From assembly GCA_039809265.1 (NCBI GenBank), contig JBDHUR010000002.1, positions 15,461 through 79,460 on the forward strand: a stretch of DNA of 64,000 bases, read 5' to 3'. The DNA comes from Minisyncoccia bacterium (lineage in GTDB: Bacteria > Patescibacteriota > Minisyncoccia > Phycocordibacterales > UBA9973). The position numbers and the translations under genes are program-made. Every line of letters starts with the position of its first letter. The first letter of the stretch is position 1. The notes under the pieces were generated by a model. It saw only the letters and a program-made list of their open reading frames with translations. It did no database searches and was not told where the DNA came from. Of this stretch, positions 37,592-49,058 are shown one piece after another.

Positions 37592-38620
37592 ATGCGAAAT
37601 CATTGGTCGGTTTTTATAATCATTGCAATAATTCTATTTAGTCTTGTTGTGTTGCGATTTATAATCAGGAATCCAGGTTCACTTCAGCCTGCTTCTTCTA
37701 TCGAATCAAATATTTCTAGTTTATCTACCCTTTATCTTTTAGGGGGAGGTGAAAGACCAGAAAATAATACTTTAGTTTCTACTATTAATGGGATAGATTG
37801 GAGAGTTATTTCATCATCACTTCCTTTTAGTCCACGCACAAACCAGACTTTCTTGCCATGGAAAAATGGTTTTATAGTTTTTGGAGGGTATGGATACAAT
37901 AACGGATCTTTTAACTTTGGCGATGTTTGGTATTCTAAAGATGGTTTAAACTGGAGTCAGATACTAGATAGAGCTCCTTGGGAAGCACGCTCTGGCAATG
38001 CCGGGCTGTTGTATAAAGACACTCTGTATCTGATTGGTGGCGAAACTTACAATGCTTCTGGTAGTAATTTTTACAACGATGTCTGGAAAAGCACAGATGG
38101 GGTTCATTGGGTTAGAGAAAAAAATGCTCCATGGTTGCCTCGTTCTGTCGGTAAGGCTGTCGTCTTCAAAAATAAAATTTGGATTATCGGCGGCGGCTCG
38201 TATTCTTTGGGTGCAGATGGAACATATACGTTTAACACTTACAAAGATGTCTGGAGTTTTGACGGCACGAGCTGGAAAAAGGAACTGGACCAAGCTCCGT
38301 GGGATGCTTTGGGTCCGCAGTCAGCGTTGGTGTACGGAGAGAATTTGTACGTGATTGCAGACGATGGTTTAAATTCAAATGTCAGCGTTTGGTCTACGAA
38401 AGACGGAGTGAACTGGGTGGAAGCTTCATCTCCTCCAAACTTTCCGCAGTACAATTTTACTTCATTTGTATGGGCGGGGAAGATGTGGCTTGCTGGCGGC
38501 ACCAGAGACGAAGAGGAATACAATGGCCTTTGGGGCTCAACAAATGGTATAGATTGGCAGGATAGCCGGATAGCTATTCCGGCCTTTGCCGGAGAGGGAC
38601 ACGGTGCTGTGGTCAGGTAA
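37592..38620 (+). CDS. Kelch-repeat beta-propeller protein, membrane-anchored
   Basis: It has repeated W..........R.......KIWIIGG motifs, consistent with Kelch-type blades, and an N-terminal TM. Confidence 0.65.
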   Translation: MRNHWSVFIIIAIILFSLVVLRFIIRNPGSLQPASSIESNISSLSTLYLLGGGERPENNTLVSTINGIDWRVISSSLPFSPRTNQTFLPWKNGFIVFGGYGYNNGSFNFGDVWYSKDGLNWSQILDRAPWEARSGNAGLLYKDTLYLIGGETYNASGSNFYNDVWKSTDGVHWVREKNAPWLPRSVGKAVVFKNKIWIIGGGSYSLGADGTYTFNTYKDVWSFDGTSWKKELDQAPWDALGPQSALVYGENLYVIADDGLNSNVSVWSTKDGVNWVEASSPPNFPQYNFTSFVWAGKMWLAGGTRDEEEYNGLWGSTNGIDWQDSRIAIPAFAGEGHGAVVR

Positions 38621-38633
38621 GGACGGAAAATGC

Positions 38634-38661
38634 TTGACTTTGAAATTCATTCATATATAAT
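38634..38661 (+). promoter_or_regulatory. Candidate rRNA promoter (TTGACT-16-TATAAT)
   Basis: The boxes are at 38634-38639 and 38656-38661, about 250 nt upstream of the 16S 5' end. Confidence 0.3.
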
Positions 38662-38904
38662 AGGGGAGCGTCTAGGAATAGGCGCTTTCATTTGCTCTGA
38701 ATACCCTTGATTTTCAAGATTATTTAGGCAATTCTTTGATAAATAAAAAGAGTACAAGCACTGTCGGTTTAAGACGCCGGCAGTACACAGAATCACAAGC
38801 CCGCCATTTTGGCAGGGCAAGCAAGTCCAGTAATAAAAAAGAGCACCGAAACTATTTTTTCTTTTGTTTCGTTTTACAAATCACGAATTTAATTCTGATT
38901 TTTA

Positions 38905-40446
<1,542 letters not shown>

Positions 40447-40626
40447 TGAAACTTGTTGTTCGCTTTGCGAACGACTTATCGAGTCGGTCCAGTGCATAGC
40501 ATTGGTTGCTCTGGTTGAAGGCTAATTCAACCCCTTGTCCGGCAGGTTAGCCGGACAGAAATCCATTGTGTATCTCTATAGAATACATTATGGTGTAGAA
40601 CGGAACAAAAGAAAGAATAGTTAACA

Positions 40627-40654
40627 AAACCCACACATTAAATGTGTGGGTTTT
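40627..40654 (+). terminator. Intrinsic terminator downstream of the 16S rRNA
   Basis: aaacccacacatt aa atgtgtgggtttt. Confidence 0.6.
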
Positions 40655-40679
40655 GTATTGCATATTTTATATTTTTAGA

Positions 40680-41384
40680 TTAGCTATTTGTTGCATTCTT
40701 GCCGGCTATCAGGTCATCTATGCGCTGTTTGAATTGTTCAAACGGTATTGCTCCTGGGATAGTTATACTTGCGCCAGTTGGCTTGTATGTAACCACGAAG
40801 TGTGGGGTGCCCTGAACACCTGCGTCAATACCAAGCTGCTGGTCTCCCGCAACTTTTTTTGCCATTTCTCCAGAGTCCAGGCAAGAGCTAAATTGTTTTT
40901 CATTTATGCCGACTTTCTTTGCTACTTGCGGCAAAAGTGATGCGTCCAGGCCGTTGTTTGCTGGGGTAATTTCAAAGATTGTGTCTACAAAACTCCAAAA
41001 TGCTATGTTCCCGCCAAGTTTGTATACGCATTCTGCCGCTTCAGCTTCTTTTTGTGCTTTTGGATGTATAGAAAGAGGGAAGTGAACATACTTCACTGCT
41101 ACTTGTCCTCCATAAGAGTCTACAATTTTGTGAACTGTTGGGTGGGCTTGCTTGCAGAAAGGACACTCAAGGTCTGAATATTCTGTGATAACAACCGGAG
41201 CATCTTCTCGGCCTAGATAGTGATCTCCGGAAGCGTCTGCTTTGGTTGTATAAGTCGGCACTGTTATTTTGGTATTTAAGGCTGCCGTACCTGTCGACGG
41301 TGAACGACTGAAAAATATGGCCGCAGCAATAAATATACCTGCAACTATGATCCCAGCTCCTGTGCTTATTTTGTTTGTGTTCAT
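40680..41384 (-). CDS. DsbA-like thioredoxin-fold thiol:disulfide oxidoreductase, membrane-anchored
   Basis: It has the CPFC active site within a thioredoxin fold, an N-terminal TM, and an ATG at 41384 (the track start at 41393 is a TTG). Confidence 0.75.
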   Translation of the reverse strand: MNTNKISTGAGIIVAGIFIAAAIFFSRSPSTGTAALNTKITVPTYTTKADASGDHYLGREDAPVVITEYSDLECPFCKQAHPTVHKIVDSYGGQVAVKYVHFPLSIHPKAQKEAEAAECVYKLGGNIAFWSFVDTIFEITPANNGLDASLLPQVAKKVGINEKQFSSCLDSGEMAKKVAGDQQLGIDAGVQGTPHFVVTYKPTGASITIPGAIPFEQFKQRIDDLIAGKNATNS

Positions 41385-41458
41385 ATGGTGCAATTATATC
41401 ATGGCTTGAAAAAAAGCCAAGAAAATGGTATATTGCCTATGCAAAAAGATTGCAAAAT

Positions 41459-42700
41459 ATGGAGATTTCTACAGTTGTTACCTATATTGTTACTTTCTTG
41501 GCGATTTATGTCCAAGTCTTTTTTCTTGTGACATTTCTGGAAAATCGCAGAAAACTTGTTTACAGGACAGGCAGTTTGGAGTTACCTGAATATCCAACAG
41601 TCACTGTTATAGTGCCTTGCTGGAATGAAGAGAAAACTATCCATCGCACCATAGAATCTCTCTTGAACTTAGATTACCCAAAAAATAAATTGGAAATATT
41701 TCTGATAGATGACGGCAGTACAGACAGTACATGGCAGGTGATGCAAGAGTTTGTTTCTTATCCGCAGATAAAAGTTTTCCATAAAGAAAACGGAGGTAAA
41801 CACACAGCCATGAATATGGGGATCGAGCTTTCAACATCAGACCTTGTGACATGTCTAGATGCCGATTCTTTTGTGGATGCCCATGCCTTAAAAAGGATAG
41901 TTACTTATTTCCATAAGGACCCAGATACCATGGCAGTAGCTCCCTCTATAATCGTTTATAACCCCCAGAACATTATACAGACTATCCAAAAGATCGAATA
42001 CGATATGGCCGTTTATATAAAGAAAATGCTTGGCTTGAATGGTGGTATTCATGTGGCACCCGGGCCTTTCTCTACATATAGGAGAGAGATATTCCAGACT
42101 ATCGGGATGTTCCGCAAGGCTCACAATACAGAAGATATGGAGATCGCTTACCGCATGCAGAAATTTCATATGAAGATAGAGCAATGCAATGACGCCTATG
42201 TGTACACTGTATCTCCAAACAGCATTCCAAAGCTCTACAAACAGCGCTTGCGTTGGATACACGGATTTATCCGAAATACTGTAGACTATAGACGAGTACT
42301 TTTTAATCCTAAGTATGGTACTTTTGCCATCTTTACTGTGCCGTCCGGTATCATATCTATTGCGGCTGCAGTCTTTCTTTTTGGATCAGTAATAGTTCGA
42401 TTGGTTGAACGTATTTATAATAAAGTAATAGAAATACGCACCGTAGGTTTTCATATGTCCATACCGTCTTTTCAATTTGATTGGTTTTTTGTAAATACGC
42501 ATGTGGTAATGTTTCTGCTTGTCTTTCTCTACGGACTTGTTGTAACTGCTATATTGATTGGTACGAAGATGGCATATGGCAAAGCAAAATTTCCGCGGCA
42601 TATAGTAACTTATATGGTAGTTTATAGTATTATCGCGCCATTTTGGCTTATGCACGCCATGTATAAAGCAGTTACTCGCAAAGCTCCAGCTTGGAGATAA
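41459..42700 (+). CDS. Processive family-2 glycosyltransferase (cellulose/chitin/PNAG-synthase-like)
   Basis: It has the motifs DDGSTD and DAD, and QRLRWIHG (Q-x-x-R-W), with TM helices flanking the GT domain. An ATG was chosen at 41459 (the track start is a TTG). Confidence 0.8.
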   Translation: MEISTVVTYIVTFLAIYVQVFFLVTFLENRRKLVYRTGSLELPEYPTVTVIVPCWNEEKTIHRTIESLLNLDYPKNKLEIFLIDDGSTDSTWQVMQEFVSYPQIKVFHKENGGKHTAMNMGIELSTSDLVTCLDADSFVDAHALKRIVTYFHKDPDTMAVAPSIIVYNPQNIIQTIQKIEYDMAVYIKKMLGLNGGIHVAPGPFSTYRREIFQTIGMFRKAHNTEDMEIAYRMQKFHMKIEQCNDAYVYTVSPNSIPKLYKQRLRWIHGFIRNTVDYRRVLFNPKYGTFAIFTVPSGIISIAAAVFLFGSVIVRLVERIYNKVIEIRTVGFHMSIPSFQFDWFFVNTHVVMFLLVFLYGLVVTAILIGTKMAYGKAKFPRHIVTYMVVYSIIAPFWLMHAMYKAVTRKAPAWR

Positions 42701-42705
42701 AATAT

Positions 42706-43536
42706 ATGAAAAATAATTGGACAAAATATATCTTTGTTTTCTTTATAACCTGCGGGCTTTTTCTTACCGCGCTTTATCTCAGCAACTACTTCAACGATAA
42801 GAAGATAGAAAACTTGAAAGCTATACAAGACAAGATATCTATAGACATTCTTTCTTCAGAAACGCAGTTTTCCTTGCTTGAAGAATCATCTTGTTCAGAC
42901 ATTTCCGGATCATACTTATCTAATGAGCTGATATCTCTTGGGGACAAGATAGAGTCTAGTGAAGAAAACATCGGTTCAAGTGAGGATGTGACCACACTGA
43001 AAAGGTATTATTCCTTGCTGGAGATAAAAGATTACTTGCTAATGAAACGCATATCAGAGCGATGCAAGCAGGCATCTGTATTCGTGCTTTATTTTTACGG
43101 CAACAAAACCAACTGTGCTGATTGTGATAGACAAAGCTATGTGCTGACAGCACTTCGTGGAAAGTACCCCGGACTTCGAGTGTATTCTTTTGACTACAAT
43201 ATAGATATTTCGGCTGTGCAGACGCTCAAGTCTATATACAAAGTGGGTGATGCTTTGCCAGCGCTAGTGATGAACGGCAAGGCATACAACGGATTCCAAA
43301 GTATAGAGGATATAGAGCAAAATTTACCCGAATTGCAAACGCTCTTGCCACAAGAAGAAAAGCCAGCAGAAGAGCAGTCAAAAGCTAGTACAACAACTAC
43401 AACTAAGAAATCAAAGGCAAAAGATACGCCAAAAATAGAAACTCCAAAAGAAGAAACTAACACAGACGAAACAACCCCAGATGTTTCAACAGGAACTTCG
43501 GGCGAAACAAATACTGCTAGTAGCGAAGTTATATAA
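42706..43536 (+). CDS. Hypothetical membrane-anchored protein with a Cys-containing domain and a Thr/Lys/Glu-rich tail
   Basis: Its ATG lies 6 nt after the GT2 stop. It has an N-terminal TM, and the C-terminus is low complexity. Confidence 0.45.
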   Translation: MKNNWTKYIFVFFITCGLFLTALYLSNYFNDKKIENLKAIQDKISIDILSSETQFSLLEESSCSDISGSYLSNELISLGDKIESSEENIGSSEDVTTLKRYYSLLEIKDYLLMKRISERCKQASVFVLYFYGNKTNCADCDRQSYVLTALRGKYPGLRVYSFDYNIDISAVQTLKSIYKVGDALPALVMNGKAYNGFQSIEDIEQNLPELQTLLPQEEKPAEEQSKASTTTTTKKSKAKDTPKIETPKEETNTDETTPDVSTGTSGETNTASSEVI

Positions 43537-43589
43537 CCACTCCTTTTTCGGACAAGAGTCCATTTTGAACGATTCCAAGCGGACGGCAC

Positions 43590-43712
43590 GAAGTGCCGTC
43601 CAAGCATTTCCCCATGAAAAATCCTGCATTTCGGGCGCGCTAGCGCGCCAAATTTTGAGAATTCGCTTGCGAATTCAAGCGAAACAGTGTGGGCGGCGCT
43701 TTGCGCCGCCCA
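43590..43712. repeat. Four tandem GC-rich palindromes/hairpins in a convergent intergenic region
   Basis: The four hairpins are ggacggcacgaagtgccgtcc, ggcgcgctagcgcgcc, gaattcgcttgcgaattc and gtgggcggcgctttgcgccgcccac. Confidence 0.7.
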
Positions 43713-43750
43713 CTCCTTTCTTGATTCCCAACCAAAAAGTCGGGTTAATG

Positions 43751-43823
43751 AGCCGCCTCCCAGATTTGAACTGGGGACCTTCAATTTACAAAATTGTTGC
43801 TCTACCAACTGAGCTAAGGCGGC
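43751..43823 (-). tRNA. tRNA-Thr (anticodon TGT)
   Basis: The reverse complement folds as a cloverleaf: acceptor gccgcct/aggcggc, D-arm gctc-agttggta-gagc, anticodon loop ttTGTaa, T-arm cccag-ttcaaat-ctggg, and discriminator U. Confidence 0.75.
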
Positions 43824-43834
43824 AGTATTATTTT

Positions 43835-44245
43835 TTACATTTGCTGATCCAAATGTTCTTCTCGCTTTATGCGTTCACGCAGACGACGAGCTTTTTTCTT
43901 GTATTCGGAAACTGTTACCAGGAAGCTGGAAATATTTGTCTTTTCTCCGGTCTCTTCGCTTTTCTTTACTATTTTATTGCTTATCTTTTCTACTTGCTTA
44001 GAGACTTTGTGTGTGCCCCTGACCCATAAGTTTATAAATGTCATAGCTACCGTATGTACGGCTCGCTTGGCGAAGTATAGCACATTTTTCTTCATGGATG
44101 CAAAGGTGATCTCGGGAATAATCATTTTCTGCGGAGCAGTTTCATCTGCAAAAACTCTGCCTGTCTTTATCTGCCATGCTCGACGCAAAAGCATGCCGAG
44201 CATGGCTAGAAGAGAGGCTGTGAAAATAGTAATCAAAGTCCACAT
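43835..44245 (-). CDS. Hypothetical membrane protein downstream of tsf
   Basis: The ORF has a TM helix and a charged C-terminal region. The ATG at 44245 was chosen to avoid a 70-nt same-strand overlap with tsf, though the ORF also has an ATG at 44317. Confidence 0.35.
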   Translation of the reverse strand: MWTLITIFTASLLAMLGMLLRRAWQIKTGRVFADETAPQKMIIPEITFASMKKNVLYFAKRAVHTVAMTFINLWVRGTHKVSKQVEKISNKIVKKSEETGEKTNISSFLVTVSEYKKKARRLRERIKREEHLDQQM

Positions 44246-44246
44246 T

Positions 44247-45020
44247 TTATATGCTGTATCGCACAAATTTCTCCAGCTTTGCGTTAGCGTCCGCAAGCAG
44301 TTTACCAATGGTAACATCAGGATTCTTCACAAAAGGTTGTTCAACAAGTACTTGCTCTTTCAAGTATGTGCCTATTTTGCCTTCAAGCATTTTTTCTTTT
44401 ATATCTTCTGGTTTGTCTGATTCTATCACTTCTTTGGCAAACATTTCTTTTACCTTGTCTTTAGTCTCAGGACTGACATCTTCAAGTGTAGCATATTCCG
44501 GCTTCATGGCTGCTACGTGCATGGCCACATCTTTTGCCAGAGCTTCGTTGCCACCTGAGAGAGCTACAACAGCTGCAGACTTACCGGAGTGGACATAAGA
44601 GCCGACAACCGGAGCTTCTATAGTTTCTATGGTGTGTATCTGTATATTTTCGCCGACTTTTTGCACTACTTGGGAGATAAGTTCTGGAGCTTTGGCAAGA
44701 GTTGCATCTTTGCCATCTGTCGCTGCCATGTTTGCCAAAGTTTCTGCCAAACCTAGGAAGTCCTCGTTCTTTGCAACGAAGTCTGTCTCGCAGCTAAGAA
44801 CAAGCACGATCGCTTTGCCTGGATTTTGCTTTACTACGATGATACCGTCATTGGTTTCTCTGTCTGCTTTCTTGATAGCAATGTCGGAAGACTTTTTCTT
44901 TAGTATCATAAGCGCCTTTTCCATATCGCCGCCCGCTTCTTCCAACGCTTTTTTGCACTGCATTACAGAGACGCCTGTAGCGTCTCTGAGTTCTTTTATT
45001 TGCTCTGTTGTGATAGCCAT
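44247..45020 (-). CDS. tsf: Elongation factor Ts
   Basis: It has an N-terminal UBA-like signature (ITTEQIKELRDATGVSVMQCKKALEEAGGDMEKA), is 257 aa, and lies downstream of rpsB. Confidence 0.9.
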   Translation of the reverse strand: MAITTEQIKELRDATGVSVMQCKKALEEAGGDMEKALMILKKKSSDIAIKKADRETNDGIIVVKQNPGKAIVLVLSCETDFVAKNEDFLGLAETLANMAATDGKDATLAKAPELISQVVQKVGENIQIHTIETIEAPVVGSYVHSGKSAAVVALSGGNEALAKDVAMHVAAMKPEYATLEDVSPETKDKVKEMFAKEVIESDKPEDIKEKMLEGKIGTYLKEQVLVEQPFVKNPDVTIGKLLADANAKLEKFVRYSI

Positions 45021-45065
45021 AAAATGTTTTGATTAAGTTAATAATGAACAGAAAACGATTTATTT

Positions 45066-45761
45066 TTAGGCTTTTGTAACCTTGCCGGATTCGTAAGCAC
45101 TTTTTATTTTTTCTAGGAAGAAGGAAATACTGGAAAGGCTTCCGTCGTTTGCAACTATAGGGTAGTCTACGCCTTTTATATTTGTGTCTGTATTTGCGAT
45201 AGCGATGACAGGGATACCTTGTGCTTTAGCTTCTGCCAGTGCTATATGTTCACGCTTGCTGTCTACTATAAAAAGCGCGTCCGGAGCTCTTTTTAGCAGT
45301 GTCAAACCACCGAAATACTTTGTAAGTTTTTCTATCTTTTGGTCTATCAAAAGGCGTTCTTTCTTGGTGTAAACATCCAGCTCGCCTTTTTCGCGCTTCT
45401 CGCGCAAGTCTTCAAGTGTCTGTATACGTTTCTTTATCTCGCCAAAGTTGGTAATAGTACCACCAATCCATCTCTCTGAAACATATGGCATGTCTAGCGC
45501 TGTTGCTGTATCTACGATCTTTTTCTTTGCTTCAGGTTTTGCTCCGACAAAAAGGATAGTTTTTTGGCCTTTGCCAAACTCTGATACAAGCTCTAAAACG
45601 CGATCAAGAGCGAGAGACGTTTTCTCCAAGTCTATAACATCGTTCTTGTTTTTAGTAGTAAAAATATAAGACGCAGTAGACGGGTGTCTCCTAGTCTTTG
45701 AATATCCGAAGTGAACTCCGGCTTTGAACATTTGTTCAATGTTTTCTTGTGTGTGTGACAT
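45066..45761 (-). CDS. rpsB: 30S ribosomal protein S2
   Basis: The sequence MSHTQENIEQMFKAGVHFGY... is the S2 N-terminal signature. An ATG was chosen at 45761 (the track ORF extends further upstream). Confidence 0.9.
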   Translation of the reverse strand: MSHTQENIEQMFKAGVHFGYSKTRRHPSTASYIFTTKNKNDVIDLEKTSLALDRVLELVSEFGKGQKTILFVGAKPEAKKKIVDTATALDMPYVSERWIGGTITNFGEIKKRIQTLEDLREKREKGELDVYTKKERLLIDQKIEKLTKYFGGLTLLKRAPDALFIVDSKREHIALAEAKAQGIPVIAIANTDTNIKGVDYPIVANDGSLSSISFFLEKIKSAYESGKVTKA

Positions 45762-46007
45762 ACAAAATAAAAAATCCTTCGCAAAGAAGAATTTCCTTGC
45801 ATTAGTTGATAATGCTGCGCCATCTGGCACAGCGGGACGCACGTTAGTAGGCATTGCAGCCTGCCCCTTTTATGGGCAAATCCTGCCATCGGCAGGACCA
45901 CGAGCGAACATGTCTACAATAGCAGAAAACTATGGATTTAGCAAGGGGACTTGCAGCGGCTTCCAAGGGCTTTTTTTATTGGTTGTTTTACTGTAAGATG
46001 TCTTTAT

Positions 46008-47270
46008 ATGTTGCAATCCAAATTGTTTACTAAGACAAAAAAAGAGGCACCAGCAGACGAAGTCTCTAAAAATGCCGAACTTTTGACCCGCGCAGGCTAT
46101 ATACATAAAGAAATGGCGGGAGTGTATGCATACTTGCCGCTTGGAGCCAGAGTTATTGAAAAGATAAAGGGTATCATTCGTGAAGAGATGAACAAGATCG
46201 GCGGTCAAGAGCTTTATATGACCATCCTTCAGCCTCGTGATATATGGGAGAAGACGGACAGGTGGGATGATGCAAAAGTTGATAATTGGTTTAAGACCAA
46301 ACTTAAAAACGGCGAGGAGCTGGGTGTCGGTCTTACACACGAAGAACCTATAGTAGATGCTATATCAGGGTATGTAAATTCTTACAGAGATCTGCCTTTT
46401 TCTGTTTATCAAATTCAAAATAAGTTTAGGAATGAACTTCGTGCAAAGTCCGGCCTTTTGCGCGGTCGCGAGTTTATCATGAAAGATATGTATTCATTTG
46501 CTCGCACAGAAGAGGAGCATAACGATATATACGAAAAGACTGCGGCTGCTTATTTTGAGATCTACAAGAGACTAGGTATTGGCCATGTTACATATAGGAC
46601 TCGCGCGGACGGTGGTATTTTTACGGAAAAATTTAGCGATGAGTTCCAAGCGATTTCTGGCATCGGAGAAGATGTCATATATTTAGACGAAGAGAAAAAT
46701 ATCGCTGTGAACAAAGAGATATATACTGACGAAAATTTAGAGAAATTGGGAATAGATAAAAGCAAGCTTGTTGAGAAAAGGGCTGTGGAAGTTGGAAATA
46801 TATTTCATCTTGAAAGCAAATATACAGATGCGCTAGGCGTGTACTTTACAGATGAAAATGGTGAGAAGAAATCCGTAATCTCCGGCTGCTACGGCATTGG
46901 TGTCAGCAGGACGATGGGCGTGATAGCAGAGATGTTTTCCGATGATAAGGGCCTGATATGGCCTGAATCTGTTGCACCTTTTAATGTTCATTTGTTATCG
47001 CTTGGAGGCGCTGATGAGGTAAAATCGGAGTCACAAAGAGTGTATAGTGCCTTGCAGGGCGCTGGGGTAGAAGTGCTTTTTGATGATAGGGATGATGTAA
47101 GCGCCGGAGAAAAGTTTGCTGACTCTGATTTGATAGGCATTCCGCACAGAGTTGTGGTATCTGAGCGAAGCATGAAAGAAGGCGGGGTGGAAATCAAAAA
47201 ACGAACAGAAGAAAGGGGCCGATTTATTGCTGTAGAAGATCTACTGAAAGAATTTTCCAATGTTCGATAA
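46008..47270 (+). CDS. proS: Prolyl-tRNA synthetase (compact form lacking the INS editing domain)
   Basis: It has class II aaRS motifs and a C-terminal anticodon-binding domain. It is about 420 aa from the ATG at 46008. Confidence 0.85.
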   Translation: MLQSKLFTKTKKEAPADEVSKNAELLTRAGYIHKEMAGVYAYLPLGARVIEKIKGIIREEMNKIGGQELYMTILQPRDIWEKTDRWDDAKVDNWFKTKLKNGEELGVGLTHEEPIVDAISGYVNSYRDLPFSVYQIQNKFRNELRAKSGLLRGREFIMKDMYSFARTEEEHNDIYEKTAAAYFEIYKRLGIGHVTYRTRADGGIFTEKFSDEFQAISGIGEDVIYLDEEKNIAVNKEIYTDENLEKLGIDKSKLVEKRAVEVGNIFHLESKYTDALGVYFTDENGEKKSVISGCYGIGVSRTMGVIAEMFSDDKGLIWPESVAPFNVHLLSLGGADEVKSESQRVYSALQGAGVEVLFDDRDDVSAGEKFADSDLIGIPHRVVVSERSMKEGGVEIKKRTEERGRFIAVEDLLKEFSNVR

Positions 47271-48306
47271 GCTTTACAAGGGGTTTTCCAATGACATAGG
47301 GATAGACCTGGGTACCGCAAATACCTTGGTATATTTGCGTGGTCACGGCATTGTGATAAACGAACCATCTGTTGTTGCTCTAAATCAGAAGACAGGCCGT
47401 ATCGTGGCTGTGGGCAGTGAAGCCAAGCAAATGCTTGGGAGAACTCCAGCGCATATAAAGGCTGTACATCCACTTGTAGATGGTGTGATATCAGACTTTG
47501 AAGTGACGGAGGAAATGCTGGCCTATTTCATAGGGAAAGCCGAAAAAATTTCAAAGAAATTTTTTCGGCCCCGTGTCGTGGTTGGTGTTCCATCGGGTGT
47601 TACGAATGTTGAGATTCGTGCTGTTTATGATGCCGCAAAGTCTGCTGGTGCCAGAGAAGTGTACATCGTAGAAGAGCCGATGGCTGCAGCTATAGGTATG
47701 CGCCTGCCGATCAAAGACCCGACTGGTTCAATGGTTGTAGACATAGGCGGTGGTACTACAGATATAGCGGTTATATCTTTGGGTGGCATAGTACAGTCCA
47801 AGAATTTACGCATAGCCGGAGATAGGCTAAATGCAGATATTATGAGTTATCTGCGCGATGAATTTAAGCTTCTGATAGGAGAAAAAACTGCTGAAGCTGT
47901 AAAAATAGCTGTCGGTAATGTTATGCCTGGAACTTTCATGGAAGTAAATGTCCGCGGTAGAGATTTGGTGACTGGTTTGCCTCGCGAGGTTGTGGTCACA
48001 GACAGTGACATTCGTGAAGCGATTTCTGGCTCCATAGCAAACTTGGTAGATGGTATAAAAGAAGTACTAGAGACAACTCCGCCGGAAATACTTTCAGATG
48101 TGATGCATAGGGGCATCATCTTGGCCGGCGGCGGCGCATTGATACAAGGTTTGGATGTATTACTTGCAAATGTATTGAAGCTGCCTATATATATAGCTGA
48201 TGATCCGCTTTCTGCAGTAGCTAGAGGCACAGGCGTGGTATTTGAAGACATAGATTATTTTAAAGATGTGCTTTTGAAATCTAACGATGAGTTACCTTTA
48301 CGATAG
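47260..48306 (+). CDS. mreB: Rod shape-determining protein MreB
   Basis: The sequence IGIDLGTANTLVY and the actin-like ATPase motifs are present. It is 348 aa. Confidence 0.9.
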   Translation: MFDKLYKGFSNDIGIDLGTANTLVYLRGHGIVINEPSVVALNQKTGRIVAVGSEAKQMLGRTPAHIKAVHPLVDGVISDFEVTEEMLAYFIGKAEKISKKFFRPRVVVGVPSGVTNVEIRAVYDAAKSAGAREVYIVEEPMAAAIGMRLPIKDPTGSMVVDIGGGTTDIAVISLGGIVQSKNLRIAGDRLNADIMSYLRDEFKLLIGEKTAEAVKIAVGNVMPGTFMEVNVRGRDLVTGLPREVVVTDSDIREAISGSIANLVDGIKEVLETTPPEILSDVMHRGIILAGGGALIQGLDVLLANVLKLPIYIADDPLSAVARGTGVVFEDIDYFKDVLLKSNDELPLR

Positions 48307-49057
48307 AAAAGAAAAAAGACAAAAAACAGCCGTAGTATCGGTTGTGCTTGTCGCCCTTGCTGTTATCTTTCTGCTTGCTGTTCCTGCTGTCCGCCGTGGA
48401 CTGAAAAGTTTTGCAAACAGTCTAGGTATACCACTCTGGCAAGCGTCTTCTTATGTTACCGGCGATATGCTTACTACAAAAAAACAGCTCATAGTCGAGC
48501 GTGATGAATTGAAACAAAAACTTGAAACATATTCCGCTGAAATGCTTGAGCTGGAAAACCTTCGCAGAGAAAATGCAACGCTGAAAGGTGAAAATCCATC
48601 AGATGAAAGTAGTTTTATACGCGCGGAAATATTGTCCAAGCCAAGCAAATCTGTATACGATGTGTTAGTGGTGGCGAAAGGCTCGGATGATGGTGTTGCT
48701 GTTGGTCAAAAAGTTTTTGGCACAGACGCCGTTATGCTTGGCGAAGTCGCAGAAGTTTTTTCAAAGAGCGCAAGAGTAAAAATGTATTCTACTGCCGGAG
48801 AGAAAACAGATGTGGTGGTGCTTGGCAGCAATGTCAATGCGGTAGCTGTCGGCCGCGGCGGGCAAAACTTTGAGATGACATTTCCAAGAGATGTGGAGAT
48901 AACGGAAGGAGTACAGATTTCTCTGCCTGGCATGGCAAACTCTGTTTTGGCTGTGGCAGAAAAAGTGCTTTTTGATCCGAGAGACCCGTTTCAGAAAGTT
49001 CTCTTGCGAAGTCCTCTCAATGTTGAGCATCTTCTTTTTGTAAATATTGAAAAATAA
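48287..49057 (+). CDS. mreC: Rod shape-determining protein MreC
   Basis: It has an N-terminal TM, a coiled coil and a beta-rich C-domain, and follows mreB with an overlap. Confidence 0.75.
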   Translation: MSYLYDRKEKRQKTAVVSVVLVALAVIFLLAVPAVRRGLKSFANSLGIPLWQASSYVTGDMLTTKKQLIVERDELKQKLETYSAEMLELENLRRENATLKGENPSDESSFIRAEILSKPSKSVYDVLVVAKGSDDGVAVGQKVFGTDAVMLGEVAEVFSKSARVKMYSTAGEKTDVVVLGSNVNAVAVGRGGQNFEMTFPRDVEITEGVQISLPGMANSVLAVAEKVLFDPRDPFQKVLLRSPLNVEHLLFVNIEK

Positions 49058-49058
49058 A

